DNA of 64,000 nt. It comes from a virus (lineage: Duplodnaviria > Heunggongvirae > Uroviricota > Caudoviricetes). A program made the position numbers and the translations under genes. Below, in pieces: positions 54,606 through 64,000 of the stretch. Numbering within the stretch: the stretch's first letter is position 1; each line of letters opens with the position of its first letter. The notes beneath the pieces were generated by a model that ran no database searches, was not told where the DNA came from, and was given only the letters and a program-made list of their open reading frames with translations. The stretch lies in the IMG/VR virus record IMGVR_UViG_3300021388_000002; one strand, written 5' to 3'.

Positions 54606-55063
54606 AGCACCTGCTCGCTGCCGTCACCCTGCTCGCCGGGCTCATGGGCCTGGTCGCCCTGGCCAGCCCGCCCCCGGCCGCGCAGGCAGCCACCCTGACC
54701 GTAGGCCAGCGCATCCTGGCGCAGGCGCAGACCCGTGCGGGCGACGCCTACGACTACGGCGCCACCGGCCCCACGGCGTTTGACTGCTCGGGCCTGGTGT
54801 ACTGGGCGGCGGGCCGGGCCGGGCTGAGGAACTGGCCACGGGACACCTTTGACATCGCCGCGGAGATCGGCACGCGGTTCGAGATCGTCACGCACCCGCA
54901 GGCGGGGGACCTGGCCCTGTGGGGCCCTGTGAGCGCGCCGTACCACGTGGAGATCGTCACCAGCCCCAACCACAGCTTCGGCGCGCAGACCTACGGCATC
55001 CCGGTCGGCGGCCACGCGGACACCTATTTCGAGCCGTCGTTCTACCTGCGCGCCCTGTACTGA
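54602..55063 (+). CDS. NlpC/P60 cell-wall peptidase
   Basis: YDYGATGPTAFDCSGLV...GDLAL...HV. Confidence 0.9.
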   Translation: MKHLLAAVTLLAGLMGLVALASPPPAAQAATLTVGQRILAQAQTRAGDAYDYGATGPTAFDCSGLVYWAAGRAGLRNWPRDTFDIAAEIGTRFEIVTHPQAGDLALWGPVSAPYHVEIVTSPNHSFGAQTYGIPVGGHADTYFEPSFYLRALY

Positions 55064-55280
55064 CGCCCGGGCGCCTAGACTCGGAGGCGACAGCAACCAT
55101 TCACCCGTCCGGATGACTGACAGCTGCCGCCGTGGTGTGGTGCCGCGGGATGTGCGAAGGCCCCGGCCTGGGCTGACGACGACCAGGCCGGGGCCTTCGC
55201 ATCGAACGGGAGCTCCTACCGGAAGACCAGGAGCAGGAAGATGAACAGCACGGCGTCCCACCAGGCCAGCCGGGCCCAGT

Positions 55281-55529
55281 TCACGGGCGGCCCTGCCCGT
55301 TGCTGGGCCGGGTGCGGACCTCGGCCAGCAGCTTTTCTGCGACGTCGATCAGGGAGGCGCAGTTCTGGGTCAGGAGCCGGTAGTTCTCCCGGTAGCGCCG
55401 GACGGTCTCCCAGAGCCGCCAGCGCTGCGTGCGGATGAACCTGCTGTTGGCCATGATGACCTGGTGCCGGGCCTTGATAGCAGCCAGGTCGTCCAGGATG
55501 GCCTGCACCCGGATGTCAGGCGTGGCCAT
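55281..55529 (-). CDS. Hypothetical protein
   Basis: TGATG coupling. Confidence 0.55.
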   Translation of the reverse strand: MATPDIRVQAILDDLAAIKARHQVIMANSRFIRTQRWRLWETVRRYRENYRLLTQNCASLIDVAEKLLAEVRTRPSNGQGRP

Positions 55530-56485
55530 CAGTGCACCGCCGCCGGGCCGGCCAGCGTCAGCCACGCCCCCAGCCCGGAGAGCACCAGCCCGGCGCCGCC
55601 CAGCGCGACCAGCCCCCGGACAATCCACGGACTCCGCTCGGGCAGGTCCGGGGAGTTATCGAGCAGCCAGTGGACCCGCAGCCGGTGCGACGGTGTTCCC
55701 CACACCCGGGTGACCAGCTTGTTCAGGCCCCGATCAGAGCGGATCTTACTGGCAGACCGCTGCCCGACGAACCACTGAACGTCATCAGCGACCCGGCGGA
55801 CCGGGGGCAGCCGCTTCATCATCAGGCCGATAATGCCGCCGACCACCGTCGCGACCCACGTCGCAGCCGCGATCCAGGAGTTCACCTCGCTGGCCCCGGC
55901 CCCGTACTTCGCAGGGACCTGGTAGCCGTGATGGACGGCCCACTGGACTTTCCAGCTGATCAGCAGGATCAGGCCGACCGCCAGCAGCGACGCCGCACCG
56001 AGCAGCGCGACCGCGATCACATAGTGGCGAGGGCGGACATCGTCGTCGGCGGGGTACTTCGGCTTGGCGAAGATCAGGGTCAGCACGAACCCGGCGCCGA
56101 GCGCGATCAGGGTGTCCCGGATCGAATGCCGGTCCAGCTGCCACAAGGCGGGCGCCCAGTGCGGGGTTGCCGCCAGCCGGGCGGGATACCAGTTCAGGTG
56201 CAGCCAGTTCGACAGATGGACCGGGAGCCGGTCCCACAGATCCTTGGGGTACCAGTCGAAATACCAGCCGCCCGCGCCGCCATAACTGGTGCTGTACCTG
56301 ACCTGGATGCCGAAGAAGTACAGGGCATTGCCGATCCACTTCACCATGTGGCCGAGCAGGACGCCCCACACGACCGTCTCCAGGCCGAGCCAGGACAGCA
56401 GCCTGATCTCCGGCAGGTCTGTGGACTTGCGGCGGCGTCCCGGCCGGACCGGGTAGGCGGCATCCTCGGGCGTGATCGCGGTCAT
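55529..56485 (-). CDS. Multi-pass membrane protein
   Basis: About 5 hydrophobic helices, GGGAG SD. Confidence 0.65.
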   Translation of the reverse strand: MTAITPEDAAYPVRPGRRRKSTDLPEIRLLSWLGLETVVWGVLLGHMVKWIGNALYFFGIQVRYSTSYGGAGGWYFDWYPKDLWDRLPVHLSNWLHLNWYPARLAATPHWAPALWQLDRHSIRDTLIALGAGFVLTLIFAKPKYPADDDVRPRHYVIAVALLGAASLLAVGLILLISWKVQWAVHHGYQVPAKYGAGASEVNSWIAAATWVATVVGGIIGLMMKRLPPVRRVADDVQWFVGQRSASKIRSDRGLNKLVTRVWGTPSHRLRVHWLLDNSPDLPERSPWIVRGLVALGGAGLVLSGLGAWLTLAGPAAVH

Positions 56486-56552
56486 GGGCGTGCTCCCTCG
56501 TGCTGGCGGGCATACCGGGCCACAGCCCAGTACTGGATGGCGCAGATCAGTT

Positions 56553-57155
56553 TCATGAGCTGGCCTTCGCGGTCACCGTGCCCGCGGGCACGGGCACGGA
56601 CGGGCTGGGCGTGCAGGTGGCCGGGCTCGTACCGCTAGCGGGTGTGCAGGCATAGGTCGTGGTGACGGTGGGCGCGGGCCGCGGGGTGCCGCCGGTCTGG
56701 TACTGCAGCAGGAGCTGCGGCAGGGTGGCCTCCAGCCACGTCCTGGCCTGCGGCTTGGTCCGGACCTTCTCCGCGGAGCCCAGGGCAGCGTTCTTGAAGT
56801 TCGTGCGCTGGTCCTCCGGGACGCCCAGGCAATCGAAGACCTTCACGCGGGCCGCGGTGACCTGGGCACCGTTCTTGCCGCTGGCGCTGGACAGGAACAC
56901 CAGGTGAATGGTGTGGATCTGCTCCAGCGGCGTGCCGGAAATGCACTTCGCCACCAGCGCCTTAGCCTGGGCGATGTCCGCCGAAGTGGTCGGGTCGGCC
57001 ATCGCCGAGCTGGCGACCGCGCGACCCTGGCTCGCGCCCGCACTGGCCCGGGTGGCGTCAGCGCCGCTGCCGGATCTGCTGCAGCCAGCCAGGACCGGGA
57101 TGGCCAGGACGGCGATGGCAGCAGCGCCGGCCAGGCGGGATCGGGTTCTCGTCAC
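56553..57155 (-). CDS. Lipoprotein
   Basis: Signal peptide with lipobox LAGC. Confidence 0.7.
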   Translation of the reverse strand: MTRTRSRLAGAAAIAVLAIPVLAGCSRSGSGADATRASAGASQGRAVASSAMADPTTSADIAQAKALVAKCISGTPLEQIHTIHLVFLSSASGKNGAQVTAARVKVFDCLGVPEDQRTNFKNAALGSAEKVRTKPQARTWLEATLPQLLLQYQTGGTPRPAPTVTTTYACTPASGTSPATCTPSPSVPVPAGTVTAKASS

Positions 57156-57266
57156 AGGTGCACTCCGTTCGGTGCGGGAAGGGTTCAGGTGCGCCGGGTG
57201 CCGCAGCCTGCGGAGGCCCGGTGTGGAAGTATCTTCCAGTATCTTACAGTCTTATCGCGGCCAGGA

Positions 57267-57560
57267 TTATTCCGTGCTGCGACGGCGCCTCTGCGGACGC
57301 GCCCAGACGGGCAGCCCCAGCCGGGCATCCCGCAGAGCGCGCCGCTGGTTCAGCACTTTCCGCTGGATACGCCGGACCGCCGCCGCCCGGGAATCCCGGC
57401 CCCGCAGGATGGCGCGGGTCTCCTCGGCGCCCAGGATGGCCGCGATCAAGGTCAGGTCGGTCTCGGTCAGGGCGTTCGCGGTCAGCGCCCGCTTGAGGGC
57501 GTCGATGCGGTGCTCGCCCGTAAGCGGGTGATAGGCATGGGAGGCCTGGCTCTGGCTCAT
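57267..57560 (-). CDS. Hypothetical protein
   Basis: ATGA coupling. Confidence 0.55.
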   Translation of the reverse strand: MSQSQASHAYHPLTGEHRIDALKRALTANALTETDLTLIAAILGAEETRAILRGRDSRAAAVRRIQRKVLNQRRALRDARLGLPVWARPQRRRRSTE

Positions 57561-57913
57561 GCCGGGTCCTGCGGCGGCTGGGTGCTCAGCGGCGGGGGCG
57601 GGACATCAGGCAGCGGGCCTGGCGGGCGGCCGGCAGCCACATCCAGCGCGCTGGCCAGGGCCTGCCGGTCACGCAGCAGCTCCCAGGTCAGCTCCCGGTC
57701 CTGGCCGGCCCGGCGCAGCGTCCGCAGGTGCAGGATGACGAATATGAGCACCGCGGCCTGGGTCGCGGCAACCCACCACAGGCCGCCCGCGAGCGCCCCG
57801 GCCAGGAACAGGGCCGGGATGACCGCGATGACCTTCAGGGCCCGGCCGTACCGAGCGTCCTCCCGGTCGCGGGTGGCCAGCTGCTCCTGGCAGTGCCAGC
57901 TGTCGCGCATCAT
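57557..57913 (-). CDS. Membrane protein
   Basis: Two hydrophobic helices; TGATG coupling. Confidence 0.55.
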   Translation of the reverse strand: MMRDSWHCQEQLATRDREDARYGRALKVIAVIPALFLAGALAGGLWWVAATQAAVLIFVILHLRTLRRAGQDRELTWELLRDRQALASALDVAAGRPPGPLPDVPPPPLSTQPPQDPA

Positions 57914-58479
57914 CACCGGCCCCCGGTTCCCGCGCGGTCCAGCCAGCCCAGGTCCGTGATGACCCCGCGGTGCTCGTCCAGCCGGACCGGCTCGGCCCCG
58001 GCCCGCTCGGCCTTCATCACCCGGTCGGCCAGGACGACGTTCACCGCGCAGGCCAGGTTCAGGCAGTGCAGGGACGGGATGACCACGAAATCGGTGCAGT
58101 GCCGCTTGCTTACCTGGCCGAGGCCGCCATCCTCGGGGCCGAACACATACACCGCGTCCTGCGGGTGCTCGAACCAGGTGAGCGGGGTCGCGCTGGGCAT
58201 GACCTCCACGGCCACGATCCGGGTACCGGAAGCGAACGCCTCGAACGGGTAGTCGCACCAGCACAGCTCAGTGTCCGCGTACGCCTTCATGCGCTCCTCC
58301 CGCGGCAGCCGGCGCCGGGCGGCCAGCTCCTCGGTGACCCGCTGGCCGGTGACCCACAGCTGGCGCACGCCGAACGAGCTGCAGGCCCGGAGCGCGCCCG
58401 CCACGTTGTGCCCGTGCTTGGGGTTGGTCAGGATGACGGCCGGGAGCCGGCCCCGGCCCGCCGGGTAGGTATGGCTCAT
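57913..58479 (-). CDS. SpoU/TrmH-family RNA 2'-O-methyltransferase
   Basis: NPKHGHNVAGALRAC, VFGPEDGGL, VIP...LNLACAV SPOUT motifs 1-3. Confidence 0.9.
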   Translation of the reverse strand: MSHTYPAGRGRLPAVILTNPKHGHNVAGALRACSSFGVRQLWVTGQRVTEELAARRRLPREERMKAYADTELCWCDYPFEAFASGTRIVAVEVMPSATPLTWFEHPQDAVYVFGPEDGGLGQVSKRHCTDFVVIPSLHCLNLACAVNVVLADRVMKAERAGAEPVRLDEHRGVITDLGWLDRAGTGGR

Positions 58480-59288
58480 GATGTCTCCTCCAGATCCGGC
58501 ACCAGTTCTGCCGGGAACGTCTCTTTCAGCTCATACGCCTGGGTAGCGCCGATCAGCGCGTACATGGCGGACGGGCGCTTAGCCTGAGCGTCCTGCCGGG
58601 CAGTCTGCTTCTCTATCCATTGCCGCTGCGTGCCGTCGTCGGTGCGGACCATCCACGGCAGCCGGGTTCCTTCCCCCAGCCGGGGCGGCAGCAGAGCCGG
58701 AAACACGCCCGTGCCCGCGGGCGTACCCGTGTCCGCGGCTGTGCCCGTGGCTGTGGCCGCAGCCGGCTGCTGTGCCCGTTGCTCGGCCTCACGCAGCAGC
58801 CGGATAATGGGCTCCGAGACGTACCGGCAGACAACGGCGTACTCCTCACCGTCCATGTCCCGGATGGCTTTCCAGGCGATGGCAGCGTTCATCGAGTCCA
58901 CCGCCTTGCGCAGCGCGGTGTGGAACCCCTCAGAAATCATGGAACGGATGGCGCTCTCGGTGACGCCATACGGGCCACCGAGCGCACGCAGCTCCTGGCG
59001 CAGGCGGCGCAGCTCACCGATCAGCTCCAGGGTCTCGCCCGGCGAGGCGAAACCCTTCTCAGCCCGGCGGGCCGCCGCTGCGATCTTGCGGTCCTCCATG
59101 CCCGCATAGGGCAGCGGGGAGCCGGCCGCCTCGTCCGGGATGAACGTGGCCAGGTCCACCAGGGCGCCATAGGCCTGCCGGACGTCAGTGATGTCCTCCC
59201 AGCCCAGCTCCTCGCCGTGGGCCTCGAACACCCGCTTGAGCGTGCCCAGGGCCTCTTTCGCGGTCGCCCGCATAGTCTGGTCAGTCAT
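58476..59288 (-). CDS. Hypothetical protein
   Basis: GGAG SD, ATGA coupling. Confidence 0.6.
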   Translation of the reverse strand: MTDQTMRATAKEALGTLKRVFEAHGEELGWEDITDVRQAYGALVDLATFIPDEAAGSPLPYAGMEDRKIAAAARRAEKGFASPGETLELIGELRRLRQELRALGGPYGVTESAIRSMISEGFHTALRKAVDSMNAAIAWKAIRDMDGEEYAVVCRYVSEPIIRLLREAEQRAQQPAAATATGTAADTGTPAGTGVFPALLPPRLGEGTRLPWMVRTDDGTQRQWIEKQTARQDAQAKRPSAMYALIGATQAYELKETFPAELVPDLEETS

Positions 59289-59653
59289 GGTCCTGTCTCC
59301 TGTTCTGCGATGATCTGCTCGCGCAGCCGCCGGGCCGCTTTCTGGAACCGGGCGTCCTCGGCCATGTTGGCTCGCAGGCCCAGGCTGAACAGATGCTGCC
59401 AGCAGTAGATGCCATCCGGGGCTTGCGCCTCGCGGGTGGAGGGGAAGATAGCCTCGAACTTCCACCAGGCGCTTTTCCGGCAGCGGTACTTTTCCAGCTC
59501 GGCTGGGTCGGGTGGCTGGCCGCGGCGGCCATAGATCGCCTTCAGCGGCATGTGGGACCACCGGTAGCCGTCGCACGGGTGCGCCTCGTCCAGCCGGGTC
59601 ACCCAGGGCAGCCGGGCGACCAGCTGCATGCGCGGGGTCATTGTCGCGGTCAT
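59285..59653 (-). CDS. Hypothetical protein (Cys motifs)
   Basis: Coupled operon. Confidence 0.6.
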   Translation of the reverse strand: MTATMTPRMQLVARLPWVTRLDEAHPCDGYRWSHMPLKAIYGRRGQPPDPAELEKYRCRKSAWWKFEAIFPSTREAQAPDGIYCWQHLFSLGLRANMAEDARFQKAARRLREQIIAEQETGP

Positions 59654-60087
59654 GTGGGCTGCACCTCCAGGTGCTGGTCGATAAGCTCGGCGATCAGGGC
59701 GCCGGCCAGGGCCAGCCGCTCCAGCCGCGGGTCAGCGTCCGCAGCGGCCAGCAGCTCCATCGCGGCCAGGGCCAGATCAGTGTCCGGGCGGGGTACCGCG
59801 CCGCTGGCCAGGTGGAACCGCGCCTGCGTGATCGCGTCAATACCTTCACTGACCGGGACGCACCCGGGGTTCCCCGGTATCTGCTCTCCCGCTCTCCTCC
59901 GCAGCCGGCTCAGAGCCACCAGGGTCTCCTGCTCCCAGGCCAGCCGGGCTGCCTGCCGCTCCCGGATCTCCTGGGCCTCGGCCGGGTCCTGGCCGGGCCG
60001 GGTCGCGAACTTCGCCAGGGACCGCTGATGCGCGCGGATCTTCATCCGGGCCAGGCTGGCCAGCCAGTCCAGCTGGTCTTTGTTCAC
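59650..60087 (-). CDS. Hypothetical protein
   Basis: Coupled operon. Confidence 0.6.
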   Translation of the reverse strand: MNKDQLDWLASLARMKIRAHQRSLAKFATRPGQDPAEAQEIRERQAARLAWEQETLVALSRLRRRAGEQIPGNPGCVPVSEGIDAITQARFHLASGAVPRPDTDLALAAMELLAAADADPRLERLALAGALIAELIDQHLEVQPT

Positions 60088-60533
60088 TGTCCCTCCTGCC
60101 GGACCTGGTGGGCCCCGCAGCCGCTGCAGGCGTACCGGCCAGGCTGCACCCTCGCGAACACTGTGCCGCCGCAGACGGTGCAGGCCTCAGCGTTCCCGGG
60201 CAGGATGCGCCGGGTGTCCTCCTCGGTCCACGTCTGGGCGCCTTCCTGGGTCCTGGCACGCTGGACGGCCATGCCCGTCAGGAGCCCGTCCAGCCAGGCG
60301 GCACCGACCACGCTGAAAGCCGCCCGCACGCCGGAAACACCGGGGCTGGACTGCATCATGGCCCGCTGCGCCCGCTGCTGGGCGACGTAAACCGCTGAGG
60401 CGGGGTCGATGAGCCGGCCGGCCACCTGCACGAAATCCTGGCCGGCGTCCGACTGCGCATCCAGGTCGGTCAGGGCCTGGCTGAGAAGCCAGAAATCGGG
60501 ATGGTCGGGGCGGCCGGGGAAGTCCTTGCTCAT
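60084..60533 (-). CDS. Hypothetical protein with C-terminal zinc ribbon
   Basis: CTVCGG...CSGCG; GGAG SD. Confidence 0.65.
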   Translation of the reverse strand: MSKDFPGRPDHPDFWLLSQALTDLDAQSDAGQDFVQVAGRLIDPASAVYVAQQRAQRAMMQSSPGVSGVRAAFSVVGAAWLDGLLTGMAVQRARTQEGAQTWTEEDTRRILPGNAEACTVCGGTVFARVQPGRYACSGCGAHQVRQEGQ

Positions 60534-60551
60534 GATGATGTCTCCTGCTCC

Positions 60552-60767
60552 TCAGAATGTGCCGAGCATGGTCACGGTCAGCGGCCGGGGCGGGCGCCCG
60601 TAGCCGTCTCCGTAGACCATCAGCTGGCAGGTCTGGGCCAGGTGCCGGGCGCAAGTCCTCTGGGCGTCTGACTGGCGCGTGCCTACCTGGACGAGCGCTT
60701 TGGCTGGGTGCGTGCATTCAGGCACGCCTGTATACCGGTGCTGGCAGTTTGCGGCGGGCGGTTTCAT
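60552..60767 (-). CDS. Small Cys/His protein
   Basis: CQH...CTH...CARHL. Confidence 0.5.
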   Translation of the reverse strand: MKPPAANCQHRYTGVPECTHPAKALVQVGTRQSDAQRTCARHLAQTCQLMVYGDGYGRPPRPLTVTMLGTF

Positions 60768-60781
60768 GCTGGCTCCTGTTC

Positions 60782-63481
60782 TTACCGGCTCAGCCGGTGG
60801 ATGGTGCGGCCCCTGGCCGGGGTCCGGAGTGGCTTGTCTGAAGGCCCTTTCAGGAAACTTCGCACCAGGGAGATCCGGGCGGTCTGGCCGTTGGCCAGGC
60901 ACACCGCGCAGACGTCGTGATCGTCGTCGGTGACGTAGCCGGTCCGCCCGGCCGGGGTGGGCTTGTGGCGGCGCGGGCGGCCCTCCTCATCCTCATCGGT
61001 GTAGGAGTCGATGTGCCGGTAGAACTCCTCCACCCACCAGCGGCACTGCCAGTCCACGGCCCGCGGGAAGTGCGCGGCAGGCTCCTCGATGTAGGTCACC
61101 TTGCGCAGGGTGATGATGTGCACAGTGTCGTGCCGCAGGGACCGCGCGACCCGGCGGCGGGTGGCCGGGGCCGAGGCGGTCACCCGGCGGGAGCGGGCCA
61201 GCTCCATCCCCAGGAATCTCCACAGGCTGTGGACCAGGCTCAGCAGGGTCTCCCCGTTGGTCCGGAACCGCTCCCCGGTGCTGATCCGGGAGCCGAACGG
61301 GAGCAGGGCGACCTGCTGCGGGACCAGCTGGCCGACCAGGTTGGCGACCCGGGCCGCCCGGGCCTCATGGCCTTTCCACCGGCCGAACGCCACGTCGTCA
61401 TTGATCAGCAGCCACAGCACGAGGCGGACGGACTCCACCGGCACCGTCCGGGCCTGCGGCAGCCCAAACGCGCCGCCGCGCTCACTGCGGGCGTAGGTCA
61501 CGGTCCGCTCCCAGGACACGGCCCGGACGGGCAGCCAGTACCCGGCGGACAGCTCACTCAGCCAGGGCCGGTCCAGCCAGGCGAACCCGGCCGGGGCGGG
61601 CATCTCGCCCTCGTCCAGGATCAGCGGGCCGGGGGTGCGGGCGTCCCACTCCTCGCGCATCTTGGTGCACATCGGCGCAGTGACCTGGTAGGTGCCGGCT
61701 TCGGCCAGCCCGCGGGCGATCAGATGAGCCAGCTCAGTACCCTGGGGGATGTCGATGGCGCCGCGCAGGTCGATCGGCCAGTACATGGACGCGGTACGGT
61801 GATCCTGGTCCAGGCTGTTGCGCATGTGGAAAGCCAGGTAGTCAGCCAGCGGGTCACCAGGCTGCTGGTAGTGCTTAACCAGCCAGGCGTGCTGATCGAG
61901 CACGGCATCGGCGGGCCAGGTGGCGCGCAGCCAGACACCCTCGGCGGCTTCCCGGGTGCGGATCAGGCCGCTGCTGTCCTCAGTGCCGGGGATCAGCCCC
62001 TGGGCGCGCCGGTCAGCCTCCTCGTGCGCCCGGTGGTAAGCCCGGATCTGCTCTGGGGTCCCGGCCAGGACGCGGCCGGGATCATCGGGATCATCAGGGT
62101 CCAGATCCTCGATCACCAGGTCAGCATCAGTGCCCTCGATCGCGCGGCGGTCACCGCTGACCACAGCATCCGGGCCGCCCTGCCCATGCGGGCCAGCAGC
62201 GAGCGCACGGGCGAACGATGGCGTCCCGGGATCGGCACGCCAGACCCGGGCGCCGGGCTCGATCGAGGTCCCATCGGGCAGGGTGATGCCGGTGTCCACG
62301 TAGCCAAGCGGCTGCTCGGCCGCGATGATGTCGCCCACCTGGGTGCCGTCCGGCATGCCCTCACCGCCGTCTGTGCGCTCGCCGCTCACGATCAGCTTGC
62401 CGGCGATCACGCCTTCCGGGGGCTCACCCGGGGGCAGGCCTGGCAGCGGGCCGGGCTGCTCACCGCGCAGCATCTGGCGGCCCTGGGGGTAGACATGGCT
62501 GAACTCAGGCGGGATCACCGTGCCTTCCGGCATCCCGAACGAGTAGGCGCCCGGCACGTTCTTCGCGCCGGCCTGGGCGATCTGCTTCAGGATCTCCGGG
62601 TCGGACATCTCCTCGGGGGTGAGCCCGCGCCCCAGCCGGGCAGCCAGCTCGTCGGAGACGTCCAGCGGAGGCCGGGGCCGGCCTGATCCCGCGCCGGCGA
62701 ACGCCTGGTTGGCGCTGCTGGCATAGTCCGGCGGGATGAGCGGCCCAGTAGTGCCAGGCTTGCGGAACGCGGCCGGGATGTCCTGCCCTGAATCTTCCCG
62801 GCGCCCGGAACTTCTGGCCGTGGCCGGGTCAGGCCAGCCCAGCTCATCTGCGATGCGGCGAGGCCCCTGGGCATCATGGTGCTGCTCGTAGGAAGCCGGC
62901 ACAGGGGCGATCTCCCCGAAAGTAAGGGTGGTGGCGCGCGGGTCTGCCTGGATGTCCTCGCTGGACAGGCGGTACGGGCTGCGGTAAACCCGGGCACCGG
63001 CCGGGATCGGGGTGCCGTCTGCCGTCTGGCCGGGTACTTTCGTGACGCCGAGCAGGTCCCCGGCGCCCTCGGGCGGGGCGGGGTCATCGCCGGTCGCGAA
63101 GATAATGCTGATTTCTTCAGCTGGGTCCCGGCCCTGCGCCCAGCCCGGCAGGGGCTCAGCGGCCGGGACAGGCCCCGGCTGGGTGACCGGCCGGATGCCG
63201 CTGAAGTGCAGCGTGGCTGCCTGCACGGGCTGGCCTGCAGCGGGCGGCCTGCGGTCGGCGTAGACGCTGGACCCCCGGGGCAGCACAGTGCCGTCGTCAG
63301 TCCGGGCCTCCTCCCGGAGCGTGCCCAGCAGCTCCCCGGCTTCCCGCGGCGGCGTGCTGTCCCCGATCGTGATGATGACCGCGCCGCTGTCCTCGCCCTC
63401 GGGCCGGGCCCGGACCCATCCCGGTGACCGGGGCTGGCGGGGCTGGCTGCGGCGCTGGCGCCTGTTCCGGCCACTGCTCAC
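60782..63481 (-). CDS. Large hypothetical protein (about 900 aa) with internally repeated N-terminal modules
   Basis: Three DGT.(L/I)P.G..VY-type repeats; C-terminal WWV..FYR...SFLKGP motif; GGAGG SD before GTG 63481. Confidence 0.7.
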   Translation of the reverse strand: MSSGRNRRQRRSQPRQPRSPGWVRARPEGEDSGAVIITIGDSTPPREAGELLGTLREEARTDDGTVLPRGSSVYADRRPPAAGQPVQAATLHFSGIRPVTQPGPVPAAEPLPGWAQGRDPAEEISIIFATGDDPAPPEGAGDLLGVTKVPGQTADGTPIPAGARVYRSPYRLSSEDIQADPRATTLTFGEIAPVPASYEQHHDAQGPRRIADELGWPDPATARSSGRREDSGQDIPAAFRKPGTTGPLIPPDYASSANQAFAGAGSGRPRPPLDVSDELAARLGRGLTPEEMSDPEILKQIAQAGAKNVPGAYSFGMPEGTVIPPEFSHVYPQGRQMLRGEQPGPLPGLPPGEPPEGVIAGKLIVSGERTDGGEGMPDGTQVGDIIAAEQPLGYVDTGITLPDGTSIEPGARVWRADPGTPSFARALAAGPHGQGGPDAVVSGDRRAIEGTDADLVIEDLDPDDPDDPGRVLAGTPEQIRAYHRAHEEADRRAQGLIPGTEDSSGLIRTREAAEGVWLRATWPADAVLDQHAWLVKHYQQPGDPLADYLAFHMRNSLDQDHRTASMYWPIDLRGAIDIPQGTELAHLIARGLAEAGTYQVTAPMCTKMREEWDARTPGPLILDEGEMPAPAGFAWLDRPWLSELSAGYWLPVRAVSWERTVTYARSERGGAFGLPQARTVPVESVRLVLWLLINDDVAFGRWKGHEARAARVANLVGQLVPQQVALLPFGSRISTGERFRTNGETLLSLVHSLWRFLGMELARSRRVTASAPATRRRVARSLRHDTVHIITLRKVTYIEEPAAHFPRAVDWQCRWWVEEFYRHIDSYTDEDEEGRPRRHKPTPAGRTGYVTDDDHDVCAVCLANGQTARISLVRSFLKGPSDKPLRTPARGRTIHRLSR

Positions 63482-63696
63482 GGGGTCACCTCCAGGGAAC
63501 GGGCGCTGATCATGATGGCGGGCGCGGGGCACGTGCGGGAGCAGGCCGGGACCCGCCGGAACAGCCGGTAAGCCTGCTCACAGGCGTGGCATGCCTCGCA
63601 CCGGTACCGCCGGGCCGGGTGGCCGCGGGCACACCGGTAGGACCACACCCACCGGGCGGTGCCAGTACACACGCGCAGGAAACCGTCGCACAGCAC
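63478..63696 (-). CDS. Small zinc-finger-like protein
   Basis: CDG...CTG...CARGH...CEACHAC. Confidence 0.5.
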   Translation of the reverse strand: MLCDGFLRVCTGTARWVWSYRCARGHPARRYRCEACHACEQAYRLFRRVPACSRTCPAPAIMISARSLEVTP

Positions 63697-63702
63697 GGCG
63701 GC

Positions 63703-63990
63703 CTACCGGTAGCCCTCGCCGGCCGGCGGCTGGGGGCCAGGCGGGATCTGGCCGTGCTCCAGGTACTGCAGGGCTTCTGACGAGCACGTGTACTCGTTGT
63801 TCATCAGCTCGGCGAGCGCTGCGTCGAACGCCTGCTCGCGCAGGGTCATCAGGTGCTCCTGCTCGGGGTCCGCCGCCACCTGCGTCACGTCACCGGTACG
63901 CAGGTACAGCGGGATAGCGGCATTGGTGACCAGATACGCCCAGCGGATAGTCTCGGCCAGGGTGGGCAGGTCGGCGGGCTCGCGGGCCAT
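63703..63990 (-). CDS. Hypothetical protein
   Basis: Coding-like composition. Confidence 0.55.
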   Translation of the reverse strand: MAREPADLPTLAETIRWAYLVTNAAIPLYLRTGDVTQVAADPEQEHLMTLREQAFDAALAELMNNEYTCSSEALQYLEHGQIPPGPQPPAGEGYR

Positions 63991-64000
63991 ATCAGGCCTC

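Overview
GC-rich actinobacterial siphovirus or prophage segment. No terminase, capsid or integrase gene lies in the window. 1-5.6 kb: membrane protein, HNH-invaded glycosyltransferase, BldC-like HTH and a Ro60/TROVE gene. 5.6-6.1 kb: four tandem Y-RNA-like genes. 6.2-19.8 kb: a minus-strand array of 38 full-length tRNA genes covering all 20 amino acids, with accessory CDSs interspersed. The array also holds three tRNAs split at the anticodon loop by endonuclease + replacement-tRNA cassettes, three circularly permuted tRNA-like modules and several structured spacer RNAs. It is headed by a leader-peptide attenuator candidate whose 31 codons specify 19 of the 20 amino acids. 19.9-51 kb: plus-strand virion module (sugar enzymes, a 2022-aa Ala/Gly/Thr repeat protein, head-tail adaptor, tail terminator, major tail, chaperones, tape measure, minor tail) with candidate TTA-codon recoding sites. 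51-55 kb: membrane and cell-wall genes. 55-64 kb: minus-strand hypotheticals including a SpoU methylase. All calls were made by eye from motifs and base-pairing; no database search or folding program was run.
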